DNA from: Alistipes putredinis
GTDB lineage: Bacteria; Bacteroidota; Bacteroidia; Bacteroidales; Bacteroidaceae
DNA: 64,000 nt
Direction: 5' to 3'
Assembly: GCA_963602765.1 (NCBI GenBank)
Contig: CAVCKM010000094.1
Span: 1,479 to 65,478, forward strand
Shown: piece by piece, positions 35,217 to 42,166 of the stretch
Numbering within the stretch: position 1 is the stretch's first letter
Layout: every line of letters begins with the position of its first letter
The notes under the pieces: generated by a model
The model's input: the letters and a program-made list of their open reading frames with translations, nothing else
What the model was told of the DNA's origin: nothing
The model's database searches: none
Program-made: the position numbers and the translations under genes

Positions 35217-37337
35217 TTATCCCACCTGTTCGTCGCCCATCTTGGATTGACCTGCATAGTAGCGGCGTTCAGCCTCCTTCTGACGTGGAGCGGAGAAGTT
35301 GCTCACGCGCTTGAGGTAACCGATGATGCGGGTCATGTAGTCGATGTTGGTAGACTGGCATGAGGGGCACTGCTTGAGGTAGCGCTTGTCGATGTGTCCG
35401 CACTCGTTGCAGATGGTGTTGGGGATGTTGAACGTAAAGTAGTTGCAACCCTCCTTTGCAGCCACGCGCAGCAGCTGCAGGTACTGCTTCTTGGAGAGGT
35501 GCTCCTCCAGGTTCATGTGCAGAGCCGAACCGCCCGTGAGGTGTTCGATGTACGGTGCGCCGTGCAGTTTGAACTTGTCGATTATGTTCAGCGAGTCGTC
35601 CTCTACGACGTAGAAGTAAGAGTTGTAGCAGTCGCGTGGCACGAAGTATCCGTCCTCGCGGTCCCACTTGGCATGCTTTACGCCGACGTTCTCTGCAGGA
35701 ATCATCTCGCAGTTGAAGAGAACCTCCTTGGAACGGTACTGCTTGTTGTACTTCTCGACGATGGACAGGATGCCTTGCACGAATTCCTTGTACTGGTCGT
35801 TGGCAGTAATCTTGAGTCCCATGAACTCGGCAGCCTCAACAAGACCGTTGACGCCGATGGTGAGATACTGGCGGTTCATCGTGATGTAGCCGGCATCGAA
35901 GAGTGGCAGCATTCCGTGAGCCTGCAGCTCCTTCAGGTTTTCGTTGTAAGCCAGCTGTACCTTGTGGCATACGTCGATGACATCCTCGAGGAATTCCTTG
36001 TAGTCCTTGCCGTTGTTTACGGCATACTGGATGCAGCGGTTGAGGTTGACGGTGAGTACCGACTTTGAACCCGTGCTCACGCCGCCAGCACCGAGGGTGT
36101 ATGAGAAGCCGTTGTCCTGAATCTCGTTGCGCAGACGGCAGCAAGAGGAGAGGGAGTCGGCGTTGTCGCTCATGTAGGTGAAGAAGGAGTGTCCCTCGGA
36201 GTACATCTGTGCTGTGAAGTCACCCCATTCCTGGTCGCGGCACTCGCCGTTGTCGGCAAGGAGTGCCATGGTCTCTACCGGGAAGGTAAGGACGGTCTTG
36301 CAACGCTCGGCGTTGAACCACTTCATGAAACGCTTCTGCAGCCAAGAGAGACTGTTCCAGTCAGGCTGCGAGCCGTCCGGGAAGTAGAAGTTGCCGAAGA
36401 GCGACTCAAAGTAGTACTTGTCATAGTAGGCGATGTTCCAGAATACGGCCTGGAAGTTGCGTGCTCCCGTCGGCTGGTTGATGGAGTAGACGATCTGCTC
36501 GAAGCAGTCTGTGATGATTTTGTCGATGGTGCGCTGGCGGAGCGAGAGGTCCACCACCTTGTCTGCGTGCTCGTAGTAGTCCAGTCCGTACTCTTTTCCG
36601 ATGAAGTAGTTGAGGTACATGAGGAACTCTGGTGTGGCGCAGGCACCTGACAGCATGGAGCTGACGATAAACACCATATTGATGAATCCGCCGCAGAACG
36701 ACTTGAGGTTCGTCGGGGCAGAAGAGTTGCCGCCGATAGCCGTGGTGCCTCCGATGAGCCATGGGTACATGGTGATGGACGCACAGTAGGGCGCGATGGA
36801 AGTCTCGTCGTTCTTATATATAAAGTGGTGATCGAGCAAGTCGATGTACTTGTCCGCAAGGTCTTTGCTGTACATCTTCTTGATGCGGTTGGTGAGCAGA
36901 CGGCGGTTCAGGCGGATAAAGTTCGACTTCGGCAGTTCGCCGATGAGAGTTGCAATGTTTTTGTGCTCTACGTTTGCATTAGCGTCAAACTTTGAACCTG
37001 TTGCAGCGTTTGCTGCTTCCATGTAGTCTGTCAAAAAGTTCAACTTCTCCAAAGTCTCTCGGTCCTCCAGATGGCTTTGGCGATAGAGCATGAAACCCTT
37101 CGCTACCTTGTAGTAGCCTTCGCGCATGAGAGCTTCCTCGACCTGGTTTTGAATATCCTCTACGGTGATGTCGTCCTTCACGTCCAAGTGGCTGATAATC
37201 TTGGAGATATTCGAAATGTTGCAGGACTCGCCAACGGCTTCGAAAGCCTTGACTATCGCGGTCATAATCTTGTCGAGAGAGAACACGTCTTTCGATCCGT
37301 CGCGCTTTGTGATAGAGAATGTTTTAATCTGTACCAT
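35217..37337 (-). CDS. nrdD: Anaerobic ribonucleoside-triphosphate reductase (class III)
   Basis: N-terminal ATP-cone, C-terminal Zn ribbon CNECG...CPSC, and glycyl-radical region TRIIGYL. Confidence 0.9.
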   Translation of the reverse strand: MVQIKTFSITKRDGSKDVFSLDKIMTAIVKAFEAVGESCNISNISKIISHLDVKDDITVEDIQNQVEEALMREGYYKVAKGFMLYRQSHLEDRETLEKLNFLTDYMEAANAATGSKFDANANVEHKNIATLIGELPKSNFIRLNRRLLTNRIKKMYSKDLADKYIDLLDHHFIYKNDETSIAPYCASITMYPWLIGGTTAIGGNSSAPTNLKSFCGGFINMVFIVSSMLSGACATPEFLMYLNYFIGKEYGLDYYEHADKVVDLSLRQRTIDKIITDCFEQIVYSINQPTGARNFQAVFWNIAYYDKYYFESLFGNFYFPDGSQPDWNSLSWLQKRFMKWFNAERCKTVLTFPVETMALLADNGECRDQEWGDFTAQMYSEGHSFFTYMSDNADSLSSCCRLRNEIQDNGFSYTLGAGGVSTGSKSVLTVNLNRCIQYAVNNGKDYKEFLEDVIDVCHKVQLAYNENLKELQAHGMLPLFDAGYITMNRQYLTIGVNGLVEAAEFMGLKITANDQYKEFVQGILSIVEKYNKQYRSKEVLFNCEMIPAENVGVKHAKWDREDGYFVPRDCYNSYFYVVEDDSLNIIDKFKLHGAPYIEHLTGGSALHMNLEEHLSKKQYLQLLRVAAKEGCNYFTFNIPNTICNECGHIDKRYLKQCPSCQSTNIDYMTRIIGYLKRVSNFSAPRQKEAERRYYAGQSKMGDEQVG

Positions 37338-37403
37338 GGATGGAAAAGGTGAATTTTATGGTTTACTTTCTGTCGTTTGGGATAGGTGAAAGTTGTCTGT
37401 TTT

Positions 37404-37456
37404 GGAAAACTTTTTGGTTTGAAGTTTTGAAAAAGTTTTCCGTTTTGGAAAACTTT
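37404..37456 (-). promoter_or_regulatory. Three-segment alternative-hairpin element in the predicted nrdDG 5' leader
   Basis: Plus strand carries GGAAAACTTTTT (37404-37415), AAAAAGTTTTCC (37430-37441) and GGAAAACTTT (37447-37456). The middle segment is complementary to either flank: 12 bp with a 14-nt loop, or 10 bp with a 5-nt loop. Confidence 0.5.
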
Positions 37457-37495
37457 GCGTTCTGTTTCTGTCAGCTTCTATCCAGAAAACGGTTG

Positions 37496-37503
37496 CAAAG
37501 TTA
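37496..37503 (-). promoter_or_regulatory. Bacteroidota-type -7 box (TAACTTTG) for nrdDG
   Basis: Plus-strand CAAAGTTA. It implies a 5' leader of about 150 nt before ATG 37337. Confidence 0.4.
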
Positions 37504-37538
37504 GTAATTATTCTCTATATATCCAAAGGCTTTTCAAA

Positions 37539-37580
37539 GAAAAAAAAGTAGGCGAGCAACCCCATGGTGTTACCCGCCTA
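37539..37580 (-). terminator. Intrinsic terminator downstream of aroC
   Basis: On the - strand, stem TAGGCG...CGCCTA with a 20-nt loop, followed by a T-rich run (plus-strand A-run 37539-37548). Confidence 0.55.
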
Positions 37581-37663
37581 TTGTAATTGCACCATTCACA
37601 AAGTATTACATCGTTATCGTGCAGTAAAAAATATTTTTACCTCCAACAGGCGTTCTTGACCTA

Positions 37664-38740
37664 TCATAATTTTGCTGTTTTGGCGATAAGATAGTGGTCG
37701 AGAATGGTGATGGCGACCATTGCTTCTACGATGGGCACAGCACGTGGGAGAACGCACGGGTCGTGTCTTCCGCGTGCCTTGAGGGTCGTGGCGTTTCCTT
37801 CCATGTCCACGGTAGGTTGCTCGCGCAGTTGCGTTGCTACGGGCTTGAATGCCACTCTGAAATAGATGTCCTCGCCGTTGCTTATTCCGCCCTGGATGCC
37901 GCCGCTATGGTTTGTGAGGGTGTGTATGTGTCCGTCCTCATCGGTGGTGAAGATGTCGTTCTGCTCTGAACCGCGTTGGTCGAGTCCCTGAAAGCCTTCG
38001 CCATACTCGAATCCCTTGACGGCGTTGATGCTGAGCATAGCCGCCCCGAGTGACTGGTGCAGCTTGCCGAACTCTGGTTCGCCGAGCCCTACGGGGCATC
38101 CCTTGATGACGCACGTTATGGTGCCTCCAATCGTGTCGCCTGCCGCCTTTACGTCCATGATGAGTGCTTCCATCTCACGTGCTTTGTCGGGGTCAGGACA
38201 GCGGACTATGTTTGTCTCCGTCACGGACAGGTCGTACTTGCGGTAGTCTCTGTCGAGTGCTATAGAGCCGACCTGTGAGGTGTACGCCTCAATGGTGATG
38301 CCCAATTGTCGCAGGGCAAGTTTGGCTATAGCTCCGGCTACGCAGCGTCCTATGGTGATGCGTGCTGAGGAGCGTCCGCCGCCGCGATGGTCGCGTATGC
38401 CGTACTTCTGTTGGTATGTATAGTCAGCGTGTGAGGGGCGGTAGAGGCAGCGCATATTTTCGTAGTCCTGCGAGTGCTGGTTGGTGTTGCGTACCAGGAA
38501 GCCGATGGGGCAGCCCGTCGTCTTTCCTTCGAAGATGCCGCTGAGCAACTCTACCTGGTCGGCTTCGTTGCGTCCTGTAGTCACGGCACTCTGTCCCGGT
38601 CGGCGTCTTGCCAGTTCGCTTTGTATGAAGTCCATGTCGACAGCGATGCCTGCAGGAACTCCGTCGATGACACCGCCGACACCTGCGCCATGGCTTTCGC
38701 CGAAGGTTGTTATGGTGAATAGTTTGCCGAAAGTATTCAT
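37664..38740 (-). CDS. aroC: Chorismate synthase
   Basis: TFGESHG, RPGHADYTY-like (RPSHADYTY) and GGGRSSAR signatures. Confidence 0.95.
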   Translation of the reverse strand: MNTFGKLFTITTFGESHGAGVGGVIDGVPAGIAVDMDFIQSELARRRPGQSAVTTGRNEADQVELLSGIFEGKTTGCPIGFLVRNTNQHSQDYENMRCLYRPSHADYTYQQKYGIRDHRGGGRSSARITIGRCVAGAIAKLALRQLGITIEAYTSQVGSIALDRDYRKYDLSVTETNIVRCPDPDKAREMEALIMDVKAAGDTIGGTITCVIKGCPVGLGEPEFGKLHQSLGAAMLSINAVKGFEYGEGFQGLDQRGSEQNDIFTTDEDGHIHTLTNHSGGIQGGISNGEDIYFRVAFKPVATQLREQPTVDMEGNATTLKARGRHDPCVLPRAVPIVEAMVAITILDHYLIAKTAKL

Positions 38741-38791
38741 TTCGTGAAATAGTCTGATTCGTTTTGATACTGCGTGACCATGGTGGGATTA

Positions 38792-39388
38792 TTAGTGACA
38801 ACCTCCGCAGCCGCCCCCGTTGCATCCGCCCTCGCCGTCGCAACCTTCTCCGTCGCTGTGGCAACCGCCTCCACAGCCTCCGCATCCTCCGTGGCAACCT
38901 CCGCCTGACATACGGTTTATGATCATCTGAATCTCCTCGTTGCTGGCCTCCCGGCACTCCGTTACGCAGCCCTGGAAGTTCAGTTCGCAACCGGCTAGCG
39001 GGTGGTTGAGGTCGATGCGCACTTTGTCATCGGAGATTTCAAGCACGTGTCCCATGAAGCGGTTGCCGTCTTCGTTCTGCAGAGGTATGATGGCATCCAC
39101 GTAGACGTTCTCGCTGTCAAACTTTCCGTTGGGCGAGAATATCTGCTTGTCCAGTTCGATGATGCGCTCTGCATAGTGGTCACCGTACGCCTCGTCCTTG
39201 GTGAGGGTGAAGTCGAATGTGTTGCCCTTCGCCAGGGTTTCGATGTGCTTTTCGAATCCCGGTATTGTAGTTCCGAAACCTGTGATGAAAACGAAAGGGT
39301 CTGAAGCCGGAGCTTCCTCTTCCATGTTGCGTACGCCGTCCTTGATGGTGTATAGCTTGTAGGCTATCTCGTAGTATTTGTTTGTCAT
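38792..39388 (-). CDS. slyD: SlyD-like FKBP-type peptidyl-prolyl isomerase with a Cys/Gly/His-rich C-terminal tail
   Basis: FKBP + IF-domain pattern (FVFITGFG...HPLAGCELNF). Tail reads GGGCHGGCGGCGGGCHSDGEGCDGEGGCNGGGCGGCH. Start taken at ATG 39388. Confidence 0.8.
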   Translation of the reverse strand: MTNKYYEIAYKLYTIKDGVRNMEEEAPASDPFVFITGFGTTIPGFEKHIETLAKGNTFDFTLTKDEAYGDHYAERIIELDKQIFSPNGKFDSENVYVDAIIPLQNEDGNRFMGHVLEISDDKVRIDLNHPLAGCELNFQGCVTECREASNEEIQMIINRMSGGGCHGGCGGCGGGCHSDGEGCDGEGGCNGGGCGGCH

Positions 39389-39427
39389 TATATATGTAAT
39401 GTGTATGTTGTTCGTGTCTTGCTTCTG

Positions 39428-39435
39428 CAAAGGTA
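39428..39435 (-). promoter_or_regulatory. Bacteroidota-type -7 box (TACCTTTG) for slyD
   Basis: Plus-strand CAAAGGTA, 40 nt upstream of ATG 39388. Confidence 0.4.
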
Positions 39436-39543
39436 GTAAAAAAAACGTACGTGGGCAATAATAGCAAGCCTTTTCTCGTAATCTTTGTATTTTTGACGCT
39501 AGTCAAGAATTGTCTTGTGTACGCCCACAAATAGGCGTAACAA

Positions 39544-39575
39544 TTTGCAGAAAATTGGTAAAGTCCGTAATTTTG
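39544..39575 (+). promoter_or_regulatory. Candidate full Bacteroidota promoter (-33 TTTG, 20-nt spacer, -7 TAATTTTG) with no downstream ORF
   Basis: TTTG at 39544-39547 and TAATTTTG at 39568-75. No credible + strand CDS follows. Confidence 0.4.
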
Positions 39576-39581
39576 CACTCG

Positions 39582-39800
39582 TAAACACAAGGGTAGTGGA
39601 TATGTAATAGTATCCACGAAATAAAGGACACTTTTAAAGGTCCCAATCTCAATAGGATTATGACTCTTGGGGTAGACAGAATCCCACGTTAGGCTTAATC
39701 GCTATACCCAAGAGTTGAAAAGTAAAAAGATTTTTTAAGGTGGGTAGTCCGCTCCGACTAAGCTGAATTCGTTTGGCGATGGTTGGGCGGACTTTTTTTT
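39582..39800 (+). ncRNA. Candidate small non-coding RNA of about 215 nt, family unknown
   Basis: Bounded by the promoter above and a strong + strand terminator. Internal helices: GTGGATA/TATCCAC (39596-39617), GGATT/AATCC (39655-39684), CTCTTGGGGTA/TACCCAAGAG (39664-39714). I did not recognise tmRNA, RNase P, SRP or riboswitch signatures. Confidence 0.3.
39746..39800 (+). terminator. Intrinsic terminator (+ strand orientation)
   Basis: Stem AGTCCGC(T)CCGAC ... GTTGGGCGGACT followed directly by T8 (39793-39800). On the - strand the U-tract is not adjacent to the stem. Confidence 0.6.
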
Positions 39801-39803
39801 GTT

Positions 39804-40532
39804 TTAGAACATCCTCAGATACTTTTCCTGCGTACCGTCAATGTGCCATGTGTCGGGGGTGCCTGTTTCTATGGGCTTTCCCGGGTGCATCAGCCATATT
39901 TGGTCGGCGAGGGGGAGGGACTGCTCCAGGTCGTGGGTGGAGAGGAAGATCGTTTTGCCGCATTCGTGGGCCAGTTTGCAGAGCAGTTGCATCATCTCTA
40001 CTTTACTGGGATAATCGAGAAAGGCTGTCGGCTCGTCAAGGAAGATGACGGGCGTCTCCTGTGCAAGAGCCTTTGCTATCATTACTTTTTGCCGTTCTCC
40101 GTCGCTGAGCGTTCCGGTCATGCGTTGCGAAAGGGACTCTATGCCAACGGTCTGTATGGCTTGGTCAATCTTTTCGTTGTCCTCAGGGCGTAGTCTGCCC
40201 CAGAAGTCGGTGTATGGGTTTCGTCCTTTGGCTACCGTTTCCCTTACGGTCATGTTCTGCACGTCGGGGCGTTCCGTCAGAACTACGCTGAGGGTTTGTG
40301 CCAGTTCGTGCGCCGTGTATTCGTCCGTGTCACGTCCGTTGAGGATGATTTTCCCGTCAAGTCTCGGTTGAAAAGTGGAGAGCGTTCGGAGCAGGGTGGA
40401 CTTGCCCGCGCCATTGCTGCCCACGAGGCACGTGACTGTGCCCCGTGGAATGTGTGTGCTTATTCCGCTTGCCACAATGTGTTTGCTGCGGCCGCGCTTA
40501 TATCCGATGGATAAGTCTTGGAGGATTAGCAT
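39804..40532 (-). CDS. ABC transporter ATP-binding protein (FecE/BtuD-like type); no cognate permease in the window
   Basis: Walker A GSNGAGKST, signature LSDGERQ, Walker B IFLDEPTAFLD. Confidence 0.85.
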   Translation of the reverse strand: MLILQDLSIGYKRGRSKHIVASGISTHIPRGTVTCLVGSNGAGKSTLLRTLSTFQPRLDGKIILNGRDTDEYTAHELAQTLSVVLTERPDVQNMTVRETVAKGRNPYTDFWGRLRPEDNEKIDQAIQTVGIESLSQRMTGTLSDGERQKVMIAKALAQETPVIFLDEPTAFLDYPSKVEMMQLLCKLAHECGKTIFLSTHDLEQSLPLADQIWLMHPGKPIETGTPDTWHIDGTQEKYLRMF

Positions 40533-40544
40533 TTAGATATCTGC

Positions 40545-42038
40545 TTATAGCTTTACTTTCACCTTCTTTCCCGTGCCCTCGTTGCCGATGCGGTTTACGG
40601 GTGTGATGACGTAGACGTACTTTGTCTTGCCGTTGACGTATGGGAGATTGTACCACGGTTGGCGTGTGATGGCTACGATGTGTGAGGCATCGTCGGTGTT
40701 TATAGCCTCTTTTTTGCCAAACTGATAGACGACGTACTGCGTAGCCTCGTCTCGCCAGTCCTTGCTCTTCGGTTCTTGCCAGAAGAGGGTGTAGCCATCG
40801 CTGGTCCATGTTGCTTTGGGCTTCTTCACTTTGTCTGGGGCTTTTGTGTCTATGAACGACATGAGGGGTTGGAGCACGGGTCGTGTCCAGTATCTCGTGC
40901 GCAGTTGTGTGCCGTAGCCTCCGATGTTGTCAACGGCGGCCTTGGCGTACCAGAGGACGGTGCCCTGCACGTTGGCCGCCTCGTCGTGCAGTCGGAACTT
41001 TGCGTTCATCTGGTTGACGGATGGGTTGTTTACGTCTGCGTACTTGACCGTGCGTTCCACGTCCTCTCCGATGTACAGTGGTCGTCCTCCGGCATTCTCG
41101 TCCCACCAATGGAGGAGCGTCTTGTAGTCAGCCGCAGGGTGGCCTATCTGCCAGTACAGTTGCGGCACGCAGTAGTCTATCCATCCTTTGTCCACCCACA
41201 GGAGGACGTCGGCGTAGAGGTCGTCGTAGTTCTGTAGTCCGTTCGTCTGCGAACCGTTGGGCGAGTTCTTTGCGTTGCGGTAGATGCCGAATGGCGAAAC
41301 GCCGAACTTTACCCATGGCTTTGTGGCGCGCAGTGTTTCGTAGAGCTGCTTGATGAAGAGGTTGACGTTGTCGCGTCGCCAGTCGCCGATAGTGCTGAAC
41401 CCTCGTGGGTCGGCGGCGAAGTCTTTTGCGTCGGGAATGGTCTGTCCTGGGGCAGGGTAGGGGTAGAAGTAGTCGTCGATGTGTAGTCCGTCCACGTCGT
41501 ATCGGTTTACGATGTCAGCAGCCACCTGGCAGATGTAGTCGCGGTTTTCCTGCTTGGCGGGATTGAGGATGTAGAGTCCGTCGTACTCGAAGACGAGGTC
41601 GGGTCTCTGCACGGCGATGTGTTGCGTGCAAAGTTGTTGGGTTACTTTCGTCTTGGCGCGGAAGGGGTTTATCCAAGCGTGCAGCTCCATGCCGCGTTTG
41701 TGGCATTCGTCAATCATCCATTGGAGTGGGTCCCAGTATGGCGACGGAGCCGTGCCCTGTTGCCCTGTGAGCAGGCGGCTCCACGGTTCAATTTGGCTAG
41801 GGTATAGTGCGTCGCATTCGGGGCGTACCTGGAAGATGATGGCGTTCACGCCGTCCTTCTGCAGTTCGTTGAGTTGGTATGTGAGAGTCTGTTGCATCTG
41901 CGCAGTGCCGATGCCCTGGAACTGTCCGTTGACGCATTGTATCCAAGCTCCGCGGAATTCGCGTTTTTTGATGGTCTGTGAGTAGGATATGGTAGTGATG
42001 GAAAGAGCTAAGAGCAGTAGTGTGAATAGTCTTTTCAT
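40545..42038 (-). CDS. Glycoside-hydrolase-like family 10 (GHL10/DUF187) secreted protein with a C-terminal beta-sandwich domain
   Basis: Signal peptide, then EFRGAWI..., GVNAIIFQVRP and HAWINPF motifs typical of GHL10. Confidence 0.7.
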   Translation of the reverse strand: MKRLFTLLLLALSITTISYSQTIKKREFRGAWIQCVNGQFQGIGTAQMQQTLTYQLNELQKDGVNAIIFQVRPECDALYPSQIEPWSRLLTGQQGTAPSPYWDPLQWMIDECHKRGMELHAWINPFRAKTKVTQQLCTQHIAVQRPDLVFEYDGLYILNPAKQENRDYICQVAADIVNRYDVDGLHIDDYFYPYPAPGQTIPDAKDFAADPRGFSTIGDWRRDNVNLFIKQLYETLRATKPWVKFGVSPFGIYRNAKNSPNGSQTNGLQNYDDLYADVLLWVDKGWIDYCVPQLYWQIGHPAADYKTLLHWWDENAGGRPLYIGEDVERTVKYADVNNPSVNQMNAKFRLHDEAANVQGTVLWYAKAAVDNIGGYGTQLRTRYWTRPVLQPLMSFIDTKAPDKVKKPKATWTSDGYTLFWQEPKSKDWRDEATQYVVYQFGKKEAINTDDASHIVAITRQPWYNLPYVNGKTKYVYVITPVNRIGNEGTGKKVKVKL

Positions 42039-42070
42039 GAAGTTAAAAGTAGAGTGTCGGTTATAAATGA

Positions 42071-42158
42071 TTTAGACTGGGCCGTCGGGGCACTTGAGTG
42101 AGTGTTGACAGACGAAGAGTCTGACTCGTCCTCGAGTACCGGGAAGACCCAGTCTAAA
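42071..42158. repeat. 88-bp imperfect palindrome between PBP1A and the GHL10 gene
   Basis: Perfect 11-bp arms TTTAGACTGGG (42071-42081) / CCCAGTCTAAA (42148-42158), with further partial internal complementarity (GACGA...TCGTC). Confidence 0.8.
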
Positions 42159-42166
42159 CGGTTTAT

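Noticed and set aside
37338-37500. Known riboswitch (B12 or other) or NrdR boxes upstream of nrdD
   Set aside because: I could not find the B12 box, NrdR-box palindromes or any other riboswitch core I know. The region is retained only as an unclassified alternative-hairpin element.
39596-39617. Inverted pair of DnaA-box-like sequences (GTGGATAT / TATCCAC), possibly oriC
   Set aside because: There are only two 7/9 matches forming a simple hairpin. There is no cluster of boxes, no AT-rich unwinding element and no dnaA/dnaN context.
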